Shown here: in pieces, positions 1 to 11,861 of the stretch | Layout: each line of letters opens with the position of its first letter | How positions within the stretch are numbered: the first letter of the stretch is position 1 | Assembly (NCBI GenBank): GCA_038823825.1 | Contig: JAWBCC010000006.1 | Location: 2,811-34,810, forward strand | Direction: 5' to 3' | Length of the DNA: 32,000 nt | Source of the DNA: Candidatus Hadarchaeales archaeon | GTDB lineage: Archaea > Hadarchaeota > Hadarchaeia > Hadarchaeales > Hadarchaeaceae | The notes under the pieces: generated by a model | Database searches by the model: none | Told to the model about the DNA's origin: nothing | The model's input: only the letters and a program-made list of their open reading frames with translations | Program-made: the position numbers and the translations under genes

Positions 1-3000
1 CTTGAAATAGAGAGGAAACTTCACCTCCGAGACCACAGCGATAACTGCCTTCGAGTGCCAATAGTCTAAAGGTTATCTGATTGTTTTTCTGCAGTACCTC
101 GGCCGGAGCATCGGTGTAGATAAAAAGATCATTGCCGATGGGGTGGAACTGAAGCAAAGCAAGTTCGGGAAGCATGCCGGCGCAGTACGGAGGTTGACTT
201 ATCGCTCCCAATTTCTCGTCTACTCTAGATATCCCAAAACCCTCAAGAGGGATGAACCAGTTCGGATTTACTGGCAGAGACCACTCCTTCGGTATCCCGG
301 TGTAGATATTTGATTTGTCTGTATGGAATGGCGCAAGAGAATCTCTCGCAGACGTTCCTTTATATCGCAAAAGTTCTGAAGTAAGCTGTGCGGCTTCCGG
401 CATCAGAACATCACGGCCTTCTTTGAGGTAAAGATAGAGATACTTTATGAGTGCCTGCTCTTCCCAACCATTGGCATATGAGAGGTTCGGCCTAGCACTA
501 GTCAGGAGAAATATAATTCTATTTTCATAGTTTTGGACCCCCCAACGGAAATCCGGATTGAACAGCCAGGAATCCCTCAAAATCGTGGCGAGCGGTATGT
601 ATGAACCTTCCAGATAACGGAGATCTCCGGTTATTTCATAAAGTCTGAGTAAAGCCAGTGCTCCTATGGGTGTTGCAAAAAACTCGTATGAAAATTCAAA
701 TCCCATGTTCAGCAGAGCTTCGGCAGCTCTTTTCGCTTCGTTCAAAAATTCGATATTGTCCGTGAACTTATAGTAATAAAGCATTATGAAAATATATTGG
801 CCAACAGCCTCAAATTGATACCCCCCATCTTCTATCGGAGCACTATTGTAGACATTCACGCGGAACGTAAATATGTAGTCGACGCCCCTTCCCAAATCCA
901 TAATGACGTCGGCTGTGTCAACAAACATACTCTTGACATTTTCGGAGCCAAAGTATTCAGCGTAAATCGCCCACTCGCAATAGTCGTAGAGAAAATGAAC
1001 CGGCTCAACCGTTCCTCCCCCTCCGAAAATTCCTCGACTCCCTTTCGCATTCACGTAATTTGGATTGTATTTCCCTGCGATTATCCTCTCCGCGTTCTCC
1101 GTGAATTTTAAAGCATTCTCTGACTTGAATTTATCAGCATAAATGGAGTAGGAGGTAATGCCATAGGGGTGAAGACCACCACTTCTGCCGATCTTAGCGA
1201 GTTCAGCGTTCTGTTCTTTGAGATCCCTTATGGAGTTCTCAACTACTCCGGGCCAATAAGTGTACACTGTCTGCGGTTTCTCAACTAGTTGGTAAATAGC
1301 ATAAAGGTTTTTGATGAATATCTTCATGTACTCTATTGTACTGTAAACGCTCGGACATGCTGGATAAAGTGAAAAAATACCGTTGGAGACCAACAGATTG
1401 AAGTTTTCCGGCAAGATTCCCTTGTTAGAGGGCACATCATAACCGAAGGTTATGGGCAACGTTTTGGATGTTCGGAAGAATCCTGGAGGTTGCCGAACTA
1501 CGTCATTCGAATGGTGAGTGTAACCATCTATAACCGTGAAAAAGTTTCCAGAATATTGGAAGAACCTGTTCAGAGAGGTGAAGTCGCAGTAGTAAAGAAA
1601 TGTAGATTTCAAAACTGTTGGGTCTCCAAAAAATATGAACTGATTTAGATCACGGCAGTATTCGTCGTGCAAGCCACCGCTCCAAGCGTTTGGAAGTCCA
1701 TCGAGGTAATCTCTGAGTAAGGGATCTATGTTCGAGCCCGCGTTATCGGTATAACGGAACTCCGGATATACTCCGGAAAAGAAACTCTGAGAAATATTGG
1801 ATGACGGTCTTATATACAGCCTATAATTGACTGTTCTCGGCAAATCCTTGGGAAGGATCACCTGAACCTCGTATTGACCCCAAGAGAGCGTGCCTACTAT
1901 TTTCCCTGTTATAGCGTTTTCCATGTTTTCGACCGTAACTCCAAACACGTTAGACGGACTGAGCACTTGTAGGTATGGGTCCCCTCCACCAGGAACTAGC
2001 CTAAGAATCCTCGATGGTCCGGAGTTTTCGGGGTAAATTGAGATATATTCCTGAGATTTTCTGTACTCTATTATGTATTCACCTGTTCTGAAGGTGAAAC
2101 CGTTTTCATCTTGATTGAGTACGTTCACATCTACTATCTCAAACATGAAAACCGGAGAGGGAGTTTTTCTTCCGGATTTTCCAACTGCAAGTACTTGCCA
2201 GCTGTGTGTACCTATCGAAAGCGGTTGAGTTGTGTATTCGGTCAAACCTGCTGGGGTGTTTTCAACATTTATTCCGTCAATCCAAATTTCATAATGTGAA
2301 ATTTCTTCGCCATCCGTTTTCGCATTTTCCCAAACTAGTTTCGGAGTTCTATTAGAGATTGTTCTTCCATTCCAGGGTGAAAGTAGATTAAACGGAGATG
2401 GTTTTGGCCTAGTGTCTACCCTAAACCAGCGAACCTCGGAGGGTGTTTCTCCATTATCATTTACTGATAGCAGACGCCAGTAGTATGTACCATCGGATAA
2501 AGGTATCAGAGTCTGATAGTTACGCCGATCAGCATCTAGAGTCTCGCTGATGATTATCTCCGTAAAATCTTGGCTTGCTGAGATCTGCAGTACCTGACGT
2601 GAGGTGATTGGAGAGGGCGTCCATTCGAAACTGGGATTTCGTCCGGTTGTTTCCCCATTCATTGGAGATTTGAGAGTTGCTGGAGGAGGAGGTCCGGGCC
2701 ACACTTCTTCAGATCCAACAGAGACCTGGGGCTCGGAACTCGAATACCTGCGGACAAAGAACCAGTCAAAGTGATAAGAAGAAGTGCCTCCACTATCCCA
2801 AACGGCTAGGTTGTATTTGTCGCAGTAGTTATTTGCGTCTGTCAGAGGGTTCCAATTGTTGGTTTTCTCAGAAGATACCCAGAGAATCTGTCTGTAGTTT
2901 TGATTGTCTTCGCCGAAAAGAAATCTCGTTCGAATTTTGTTATTTAAATAAAGGAAGACCTGTCCAATATACCATTTGCCCTGTTCCACAATCGCTGGAG

Positions 3001-3703
3001 ATTGCTCACCGTCGGAGAAAAAGCGAATTCCGGAAATATTATGAATGCAGGCATATTCTTTTTGACCACCAAAGTTTCCTGGACCGCTCAGAACAAGACC
3101 TCCACGGTAAGCAGATCTGGCTCTAACTCTGAACTCCAAGACGCGCTCGACAGACATTTCAGATGAGGGCGGTTTCTTTTCTATTTTTGTCATGGAATCT
3201 CCAAAATCGAAAAGTGTGACGTGCTCACCTCTCCAGCCCACGCCGAAGGTGTTCACAACTCCCCACGCCTTCCGGTTTCTGTAACCTCCAAAGTCGTCGA
3301 AGAAGAGGAAGACATCTTCACCGTTCTCCGCGCTCTCAGCGTTCTGGTTTCCGTAATACATCCAGATTTCGCTGTCTGAGTTCTCAAGCCTTCTCACCCA
3401 GACAACGTTTGTGTATTCTCCCTCGTTTTTTTCAATCCAGTAGGGAAGAATCCCTCCCGTTTCATTTTCCAAAAATCTCATGCTAGGATATGCAATTTTG
3501 GGAATCTCTGGCGGAATGACGATTTTTATCTGGAAATTCTCCGGGTGAGAGCCACTTATTATAATTTTTCTTCTGTAGGGCCAGTTATCATTCCACCAAG
3601 AGGGAGCCTGAGAATCCGAAGGGACCTCGGGAAAACAAATCGGCACGACTGAAAGCAGTATTATGAATGAAAGAGATAGGACAAAGATTCTGTGTGGCTT
3701 CAT
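1..3703 (-). CDS. Large secreted/surface protein with N-terminal DUF2341-like domain, Ig/FnIII-like middle and helical toroid-like C-terminal part; 3' end beyond window edge
   Basis: Not in the supplied track (no stop inside the window). ATG at 3703; conceptual translation starts MKPHRIFVLSLSFIILLSVVPICFPEVPSDSQAPSWWNDNWPYRRKIIISG (signal peptide plus the W..NWPYRRKI motif of DUF2341) and includes ...YWIEKNEGEYTNVVWVRRLENSDSEIWMYYGNQNAESAENGEDVF... The frame stays open to base 2. Confidence 0.88.
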   Translation of the reverse strand, partial: MKPHRIFVLSLSFIILLSVVPICFPEVPSDSQAPSWWNDNWPYRRKIIISGSHPENFQIKIVIPPEIPKIAYPSMRFLENETGGILPYWIEKNEGEYTNVVWVRRLENSDSEIWMYYGNQNAESAENGEDVFLFFDDFGGYRNRKAWGVVNTFGVGWRGEHVTLFDFGDSMTKIEKKPPSSEMSVERVLEFRVRARSAYRGGLVLSGPGNFGGQKEYACIHNISGIRFFSDGEQSPAIVEQGKWYIGQVFLYLNNKIRTRFLFGEDNQNYRQILWVSSEKTNNWNPLTDANNYCDKYNLAVWDSGGTSSYHFDWFFVRRYSSSEPQVSVGSEEVWPGPPPPATLKSPMNGETTGRNPSFEWTPSPITSRQVLQISASQDFTEIIISETLDADRRNYQTLIPLSDGTYYWRLLSVNDNGETPSEVRWFRVDTRPKPSPFNLLSPWNGRTISNRTPKLVWENAKTDGEEISHYEIWIDGINVENTPAGLTEYTTQPLSIGTHSWQVLAVGKSGRKTPSPVFMFEIVDVNVLNQDENGFTFRTGEYIIEYRKSQEYISIYPENSGPSRILRLVPGGGDPYLQVLSPSNVFGVTVENMENAITGKIVGTLSWGQYEVQVILPKDLPRTVNYRLYIRPSSNISQSFFSGVYPEFRYTDNAGSNIDPLLRDYLDGLPNAWSGGLHDEYCRDLNQFIFFGDPTVLKSTFLYYCDFTSLNRFFQYSGNFFTVIDGYTHHSNDVVRQPPGFFRTSKTLPITFGYDVPSNKGILPENFNLLVSNGIFSLYPACPSVYSTIEYMKIFIKNLYAIYQLVEKPQTVYTYWPGVVENSIRDLKEQNAELAKIGRSGGLHPYGITSYSIYADKFKSENALKFTENAERIIAGKYNPNYVNAKGSRGIFGGGGTVEPVHFLYDYCEWAIYAEYFGSENVKSMFVDTADVIMDLGRGVDYIFTFRVNVYNSAPIEDGGYQFEAVGQYIFIMLYYYKFTDNIEFLNEAKRAAEALLNMGFEFSYEFFATPIGALALLRLYEITGDLRYLEGSYIPLATILRDSWLFNPDFRWGVQNYENRIIFLLTSARPNLSYANGWEEQALIKYLYLYLKEGRDVLMPEAAQLTSELLRYKGTSARDSLAPFHTDKSNIYTGIPKEWSLPVNPNWFIPLEGFGISRVDEKLGAISQPPYCAGMLPELALLQFHPIGNDLFIYTDAPAEVLQKNNQITFRLLALEGSYRCGLGGEVSSLFQ

Positions 3704-3725
3704 GTATTTAATTTGTTGACATGTA

Positions 3726-3740
3726 AGTGTATAAAATCTT
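3726..3740 (-). promoter_or_regulatory. TATA-like promoter element upstream of the surface-protein ORF
   Basis: AAGATTTTATACACT on the minus strand, about 25-35 nt upstream of the ATG at 3703. Confidence 0.4.
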
Positions 3741-3796
3741 TTCGTCGAAAAGCTGTAAACGAATCTTCGAACAGAATAAATTCCGAGTAGTGTGAA

Positions 3797-3810
3797 AAAG
3801 TTTTAAAGTG
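3797..3810 (+). promoter_or_regulatory. Candidate BRE/TATA for the nrdD cluster
   Basis: aaagttttaaagtg about 30-45 nt upstream of the ATG at 3842; aaggttgag lies just before the ATG as an SD-like sequence. Confidence 0.45.
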
Positions 3811-3841
3811 AATTGTTAAGACTTTTTCGAAGGTTGAGAAG

Positions 3842-5965
3842 ATGGTTGTAACTTACAGGAGCAAAGATAATATTGGTCTACCATCACTTCCTAAGAAAGT
3901 CAGAAAGAGAGGTGGACGGCTTCAGGATTTTGATCCTGAAAAAATCACACGGGGGATTTTCCGCGCCGCACAAGATGTAGGCGGAACTGACAGAAGACTT
4001 GCCGAGATGATAACTCGAGAGGTTCTGGAAAAGCTTCCGAAAGAGGAGATAGTAGACACGAGAACAATTGGAGACATTGTTGAGAAAGTTCTAATAGAAA
4101 GAGGACATGCAAAAACAGCGAAAGCGTATATTCTCTATCGTAGACATAGAGAGGAGCTTCACCGTTTGAGATTAACATCGCTTGAGGTAGAGAGGCTAGT
4201 GGATGAGTATATTGGAAGAATAGATTGGCGAGTCAATGAAAACGCAAACGTTCCTGTATCTATGAGCGGCCTCGAACACCACGTGGCCGGAGTTGTTATC
4301 AGCAACTACACTTTATCGAGAGTATACCCGTTAGAGATATCTGATGCTCATGTGAATGGAGATTATCATATCCATGATCTTTATAGGGGGATAACCGGAT
4401 ATTGCGCCGGTTGGAGTCTTCCAAAACTTTTGCAGGAAGGGTTTAACGGAGTTCCACACCGGGTGTCTTCAAAGCCGCCAAAACATCTTGACACAGCACT
4501 TCTTCAGATGGTGAACTTCATTGGAACTCTTAGCAATGAGTGGGCTGGAGCAATGGCCTTTAACTCTGTCGACACTCTACTTGCTCCGTTTGTGAGAAAA
4601 GATAAACTCGATTATAAGCATGTTAAGCAAGCAATACAGACATTCGTGTTTAATTTGAACGTAACAACAAGATTTGGCGGTCAAACTCCATTCACCAACA
4701 TAACATTGGATTTAACGATTCCGGAAGATCTTGCTAACCAGCCCGCCATTGTTGGAGGCGAACCTTGGGAGCCCTATGGCGACTTCCAAGAGGAAGCAAA
4801 CATGATTAACAGAGCTTTCTTGGAGGTTTTCATGGAAGGTGATGCGGACGGAAGACCGATGACATTTCCTATCCCAACTTATGGAATAACTAAGGATTTC
4901 GAATGGGATTCCGATCTAGCCGATCTTCTGTTCGAAATGACTTCAAAATATGGACTGGCGTACTTCAGCAATTTCATCAGCTCGGATTTGCGACTGAGTG
5001 ATGTTCGTTCTATGTGTTGTAGGCTTAGACTAGATCTAAGGGAACTAAGAAACAAGGTTGCTGGAGGTCTTTTCGGAGCGGCAGATGCTACCGGTAGCGT
5101 TGGTGTTGTTACAATCAATCTTCCGAGAATTGGTTATCTCAGCAGAAACGAGGACGAGTTCTTTGAGAGACTGAGTTATATAATGGAGCTGGCGAAGAAA
5201 TCGCTTGAGATAAAGCGCACGCTTGTGGAAAGAAATATGCAAAATGGGCTTCTTCCATATACCCTGAGATATCTTGGAACGCTCGAGAATCACTTCTCCA
5301 CAATAGGACTCGTCGGTATGCACGAGGCTTGCCTGAACTTGCTAGGAGTCGGAATAGACACACAGGAGGGGCATGAATTCGCGATAAAAGTTTTAGATTT
5401 CATGAGGGAGAGAATATCAGATTTTCAGGAAGAAACTGGCCATCTGTTTAACTTGGAAGCAACACCAGCTGAATCTACGTCTTACAGGCTGGCCCTTATC
5501 GACAAACAGAAGTATCCACAAATAAAAACCTCCGGATCTAAGACACCGTATTACACGAACTCTACACAACTCCCAGTCAACTATAAAATGACTCTTGCAG
5601 AGGTCGTAAAGCATCAAGAGCCGCTGCAGGTTCGTTACACTGGAGGGACTGTGCTACATGTGTTTGTGGGTGAGGAAGCCCCAGACAAAAACGGATGTAA
5701 GGTTTTAATCAGACGGATTTTCGAAAAGAGTAGATTACCTTATGTCACAATCACGCCAACGTTCTCGATATGTCCAGATCACGGATATATGCGGGGAAAA
5801 TATTATAACTGTCCCAAATGTGGAAAACAGGCAGAAGTTTACTCAAGAATTGTCGGTTATTTCAGACCTGTGCAAGATTGGAATGCGGGAAAGAAGGAAG
5901 AGTTCGAAGAAAGAAGTTACTACGACAGAAGAATCGAAGAAATCTCATCTAGAGTAGAGGTATAA
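3842..5965 (+). CDS. nrdD: Anaerobic ribonucleoside-triphosphate reductase (class III), ATP-cone plus glycyl-radical domain
   Basis: 707 aa; N-terminal ATP-cone-like region (RKRGGRLQDFDPEKITRGIFRAAQDVG), C-terminal CPDHGYMRGKYYNCPKCGKQAEVYSRIVGYFRPVQDWNAGKKEEF with four-Cys zinc site and glycyl-radical motif. Confidence 0.96.
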   Translation: MVVTYRSKDNIGLPSLPKKVRKRGGRLQDFDPEKITRGIFRAAQDVGGTDRRLAEMITREVLEKLPKEEIVDTRTIGDIVEKVLIERGHAKTAKAYILYRRHREELHRLRLTSLEVERLVDEYIGRIDWRVNENANVPVSMSGLEHHVAGVVISNYTLSRVYPLEISDAHVNGDYHIHDLYRGITGYCAGWSLPKLLQEGFNGVPHRVSSKPPKHLDTALLQMVNFIGTLSNEWAGAMAFNSVDTLLAPFVRKDKLDYKHVKQAIQTFVFNLNVTTRFGGQTPFTNITLDLTIPEDLANQPAIVGGEPWEPYGDFQEEANMINRAFLEVFMEGDADGRPMTFPIPTYGITKDFEWDSDLADLLFEMTSKYGLAYFSNFISSDLRLSDVRSMCCRLRLDLRELRNKVAGGLFGAADATGSVGVVTINLPRIGYLSRNEDEFFERLSYIMELAKKSLEIKRTLVERNMQNGLLPYTLRYLGTLENHFSTIGLVGMHEACLNLLGVGIDTQEGHEFAIKVLDFMRERISDFQEETGHLFNLEATPAESTSYRLALIDKQKYPQIKTSGSKTPYYTNSTQLPVNYKMTLAEVVKHQEPLQVRYTGGTVLHVFVGEEAPDKNGCKVLIRRIFEKSRLPYVTITPTFSICPDHGYMRGKYYNCPKCGKQAEVYSRIVGYFRPVQDWNAGKKEEFEERSYYDRRIEEISSRVEV

Positions 5966-5998
5966 ACTGTCAATATGAAGTAGTTCAGGGGACTTGGG

Positions 5999-6610
5999 AT
6001 GCTGCTGTCAGATAGAGACATTCTTGAAGAAATGAAAAACAAAAATATCATAATTGAACCGTTTGATCCTGCAAGATTGCAGCCGAATGGTTATGATATC
6101 TCTGTTGGTCCTGTCTATTACTGCCTGCGTCCAGATTTGGATGTTCTTTTTCCGTTTGATAAGGAGCTACTCGAGAAAGCTTTCGTGAGGAAAGTTGCGG
6201 AAACTAGAACGATTGAAGTTGGGGGGAAAAAGTTCCGCGGCAGGTTCATAGAGATTCCTCCACACGGATTTGTGCTCGCAGCGACCAGCGAGAGAGTCGG
6301 GACGAGAAATGGCGTAGTGGCATCGATACGCACGAGATCTTCTCTAGCGAGATGTGGGATTTGTGTAGTGAGGGGAGCAGGCTGGGGGGATGTCGGGTTT
6401 GACGGTGTTTGGACAATAGAGATTCAGTCGGCGATAGACAAGACGTTTTACTTACCGGTCGGGTTGAGGGTTGGACAAATGGTTTTCTTCAAAACGAGAA
6501 GCCCGCCTCAAAACCCATATCAAGGAAAATATTCTGGATTTTCAGAGCCAGTTCTTCCATCACTTTACAAAGACAAAGAGCTGAGTAAATTAGTGGAGGA
6601 AATAAAGTGA
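5999..6610 (+). CDS. dcd: dCTP deaminase / dUTPase family
   Basis: 203 aa; LSDRDI, RLQPNGYDISVG, IRTRSSLARCGICVVRGAGWGDVGFDG, GKYSG motifs. Confidence 0.93.
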   Translation: MLLSDRDILEEMKNKNIIIEPFDPARLQPNGYDISVGPVYYCLRPDLDVLFPFDKELLEKAFVRKVAETRTIEVGGKKFRGRFIEIPPHGFVLAATSERVGTRNGVVASIRTRSSLARCGICVVRGAGWGDVGFDGVWTIEIQSAIDKTFYLPVGLRVGQMVFFKTRSPPQNPYQGKYSGFSEPVLPSLYKDKELSKLVEEIK

Positions 6611-7278
6611 AGGTGGAGCTTCTGGCTTTCACACCAGACCCGGAGAAAATAGCAGCAGTGTCTGCAAGATCTTGTAGGTCGATGAAGAGTGCAAAGGAAC
6701 TTTTGGAAAGCGAGAATGAGGAGAAGCTTCTAAAGGTTCTGAAAACATGTGTGGAGCTCGGACATACATCCGTTTTAGAACACGCTGTGTTCACTTTTTC
6801 CATATCTGGCATTTCGCGAGCTTGTACGCATGAGCTTGTTCGCCACCGGATAGCCAGTTATTCTCAACAGAGCCAGAGAACAGTAAAAATGGAAAGCGAT
6901 ATTTATATCGTTCCACCAAGCGTCAGGGAAAAACCCGAGGCGATGGCTGTCTATCAAGAAGTGATGACGAAAGTGAAAGACGCATATTCAAAACTCGTGG
7001 AAATGGGAATTCCTCTTGAAGATGCGAGATACGTTTTAACAAATGCGACCCCAACGAACATCGTTGTGACAATGAATGCAAGATCTCTTCTGAATTTCTT
7101 CGAGCTGAGGTGCTGTTTGAAAGCACAATGGGAGATCAGAGAACTGGCGAACGAAATGTTGAGGCTTGTAAAGAAAATCGCGCCAAGAATTTTTGAAAAA
7201 GCTGGACCGCCCTGCATAAGCAGAAAGACTTGTCCGTATAAAGATGAGAGTTGTCCAATGTTCAAGGTGACCCTTTGA
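6607..7278 (+). CDS. thyX: Flavin-dependent thymidylate synthase
   Basis: ThyX signature RHRIASYSQQSQR; GHTSVLEHAVFTFSISGISRACTHELVRHR; RSLLNFFELRC. Overlaps the dcd stop by 4 nt. Confidence 0.96.
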   Translation: MKVELLAFTPDPEKIAAVSARSCRSMKSAKELLESENEEKLLKVLKTCVELGHTSVLEHAVFTFSISGISRACTHELVRHRIASYSQQSQRTVKMESDIYIVPPSVREKPEAMAVYQEVMTKVKDAYSKLVEMGIPLEDARYVLTNATPTNIVVTMNARSLLNFFELRCCLKAQWEIRELANEMLRLVKKIAPRIFEKAGPPCISRKTCPYKDESCPMFKVTL

Positions 7279-8000
7279 TCTCTGGAGTTGTTCCTCTTTC
7301 AACGATAGATTGGCCGGGAAAAATTTCGGTTGTTGTTTTCATGAGCGGATGCAATATGCGGTGTCCCTGGTGCCAAAACCCAGATTGCGTGCTTGGGGGA
7401 GTTAAAATGGAAATAGAGGAAGTTTTACGAACAATTGAAAGATCCATTCCAATGATCGACGCCATAATCCTTTCTGGAGGAGAACCAACACTTCATCCGC
7501 AGGAATGTTTTGAAATCCTAAAGTTTGGAAAAAAGCTCGGACTTCTCGGAGCTTTAGAAACGAATGGAACACAGCCAGAAGTCTTGAGGGAGATCCTTCC
7601 ATATTTGGACTTCTTGGCTGTGGACGTGAAGGCGCCCATATCCGACCCGAATCTTTACTCACTGGTCGCCGGTGGAGTTCAGGTGGATACGGGAAAGATC
7701 GTGGAAAGTTTGAAAATTGCCATGGATTCTGGCATCGAACTGGAGCCTAGGACAACAATTGTGCCAGGACTGAACGACAATGAAACAATCGTTGAGAGAA
7801 TCTGCAGGGATCTTCACGAAATCGGGGTGCGAAAACTCAGATTAACACAGTTCAGAAATGAGAGAACTCTTGACCCGGAGTTCCAGAAGATACAACCGCC
7901 CAGCAGAGAAAAACTCATAAAGCTGGCACAGATTGCCCACCATTTGAAAATAGATGTGTGTATATTCACGGCGGAACGGGGATTGGAAAAAATTTCATGA
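7275..8000 (+). CDS. nrdG: Radical SAM activating enzyme, anaerobic ribonucleotide-reductase activating protein type
   Basis: The track ORF begins at 7251 (TTG) inside thyX, but a TTG at 7275 overlaps the thyX TGA (TTGA) and gives MISGVVPLSTIDWPGKISVVVFMSGCNMRCPWCQNPDCV. Carries the CxxxCxxC radical SAM motif and is linked to nrdD. Confidence 0.85.
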   Translation: MISGVVPLSTIDWPGKISVVVFMSGCNMRCPWCQNPDCVLGGVKMEIEEVLRTIERSIPMIDAIILSGGEPTLHPQECFEILKFGKKLGLLGALETNGTQPEVLREILPYLDFLAVDVKAPISDPNLYSLVAGGVQVDTGKIVESLKIAMDSGIELEPRTTIVPGLNDNETIVERICRDLHEIGVRKLRLTQFRNERTLDPEFQKIQPPSREKLIKLAQIAHHLKIDVCIFTAERGLEKIS

Positions 8001-8017
8001 ATCGAAGTTTTCGTCAG

Positions 8018-8833
8018 CTATAGCTTTCCGGTGAGTACCCGGATGAGTCTTTCGCTTGTCTCCGTCAGAGATGACTGCTGAAGCTGGGGAGGATCTGCTT
8101 TTCCAACGATTATTTCGGCGAGCTTGTATATCGCCTCTGAGGCTTTGCAGTCCGGGTCGTAAACAACAAATGGCATCCCATGAAGCTCTGCCTCCTGAAC
8201 TTTTCTGTCCTCCGGAATCTCGGTCAAGACATGAATTCCTTCGTATGCTCTGCTCAAAAACTCCTCTATTTCCTCGGGTGGGACTTCGGATTTTCTTTCA
8301 ACACGATTAACGACTACCCCTCTCGCCCAGCAACCCATCAAACCAGCGAAGCGGAGAACTTTGTAACCGTCAACTATGCTTGTGTAGGTGGGATTGCAAA
8401 CGAGAAGCATCTCCTTGGCAGCAGCCATTGAGAGTATTGTTGTTTCTTGAAGACCTGCGGGGGCATCTATAAGGATGAAATCCGAAGAACTCAGAAGATC
8501 TTGAATAACTTGGCGGACCTTTTTTCTATCTACTCCTGCGAGGGCTTCGTGGGCATCCTCGAACCTGAAGCCTGCCGGGAGTAGTCTTACCCCGTGGCTT
8601 TCCCTCAAGGCTTCCGAAAGTTTTGCTCTACCTTTGATGACGTCGAGCAGACTCGCTTTTATCTGGTCTATGCCCATTACAAGAGCGAGGTTGGCCATCG
8701 TCAAGTCGGCATCCAAAATCGTGACTTTCTTACCCATAGCGGAAAGAGCCACACCTAAATTTGCCGCCAAGGTTGTCTTTCCCGTTCCTCCTTTACCGGA
8801 GGTTATCGAAATAGATCTGGGCCTGGGACGCAC
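8018..8833 (-). CDS. ParA/MinD family P-loop ATPase
   Basis: 271 aa; deviant Walker A SGKGGTGKTTLAANLG, ILDADLTMANLALVMG, FILIDAPAG. Confidence 0.93.
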   Translation of the reverse strand: MRPRPRSISITSGKGGTGKTTLAANLGVALSAMGKKVTILDADLTMANLALVMGIDQIKASLLDVIKGRAKLSEALRESHGVRLLPAGFRFEDAHEALAGVDRKKVRQVIQDLLSSSDFILIDAPAGLQETTILSMAAAKEMLLVCNPTYTSIVDGYKVLRFAGLMGCWARGVVVNRVERKSEVPPEEIEEFLSRAYEGIHVLTEIPEDRKVQEAELHGMPFVVYDPDCKASEAIYKLAEIIVGKADPPQLQQSSLTETSERLIRVLTGKL

Positions 8834-8861
8834 TTTGCACCTCTCTTTTTATCGTGGCGAG

Positions 8862-8876
8862 GAGGTTTAAAAGTTA
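8862..8876 (-). promoter_or_regulatory. TATA-like element for the MinD-like gene
   Basis: AACTTTTAAACC on the minus strand about 30 nt upstream of the ATG at 8833. Confidence 0.4.
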
Positions 8877-8935
8877 GAACATGACTATTTCTACGAATGT
8901 TTAAATTTCCTTAATACATAGAATAGTTTGATATC

Positions 8936-9505
8936 ATGACTGATAGAAAAAGGAGAAAACCATCAGACTTTTGGGATTGGGACGATTTCGAGGAACTTTT
9001 TGAAAAATTCATGAGAGATGCGTTAAGATTCTTCAAAGATATTGAAAAAGAGCAAGAGTTTTACATGCGCAAAGCACAACCAATGTTTGTTTCTTTTCGC
9101 ATCGTTCAAGATGGGAAAAATCCTCCAAGAATAGAATTTTCACGTGGTGGGCCTGGAATTCGACCGGTAGAAGAAGTAAGGCCACATAAAATCGAAATAA
9201 AGCCTGCAAAAATGGAGAAGAAACCCGGAGTGAAATACGAGGAAGCTCCGTATACTTACAATGTCGACCCGAGTAAAGTGAGCATCGAGATAAACGTTGA
9301 GGGTGTTGAAAGCGAAGATAACATCGAAATGGATTTCGGAGAGGAATCTGTCGAAGTGAAGATATACTCGCCGAAAACTGGAAAGAACTATTTTGCCGCA
9401 CTTCCCCTGCCTGGAGAAGTTAACCCAGATGAAACAGAGATAAAAGTTGAGAAAGACAAAGTTGTGATCAAAATCCCGCGTGGATACACAATCAGGCAGT
9501 ATTGA
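8936..9505 (+). CDS. Hsp20/alpha-crystallin-like small heat-shock protein
   Basis: 189 aa; C-terminal ACD-like beta-rich segment (NIEMDFGEESVEVKIYSPKTGKNYFAALPLPGEVNPDETEIKVEKDKVVIKIPR); located directly before Cdc48, a common archaeal pairing. Confidence 0.8.
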   Translation: MTDRKRRKPSDFWDWDDFEELFEKFMRDALRFFKDIEKEQEFYMRKAQPMFVSFRIVQDGKNPPRIEFSRGGPGIRPVEEVRPHKIEIKPAKMEKKPGVKYEEAPYTYNVDPSKVSIEINVEGVESEDNIEMDFGEESVEVKIYSPKTGKNYFAALPLPGEVNPDETEIKVEKDKVVIKIPRGYTIRQY

Positions 9506-9611
9506 GTTTAGAATTTTACTCTCTTAGCGAGTGTGCGACTTGATCGAGAGAGATATTTAAGAATTCCAAAGACATTTGAATTGGTTATCCGAATTTAGAA
9601 TGGGGGAATAG

Positions 9612-11801
<2,190 letters not shown>

Positions 11802-11820
11802 CGTAACAGAACATTTCTGA

Positions 11821-11834
11821 AGGTTTATAAATAG
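11821..11834 (+). promoter_or_regulatory. TATA-like element upstream of the PRC-barrel gene
   Basis: aggtttataaatag about 30 nt before the TTG start; ggtgag SD-like sequence at 11853-11858. Confidence 0.5.
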
Positions 11835-11861
11835 TGTGTGTGATAAACGAATGGTGAGAGG

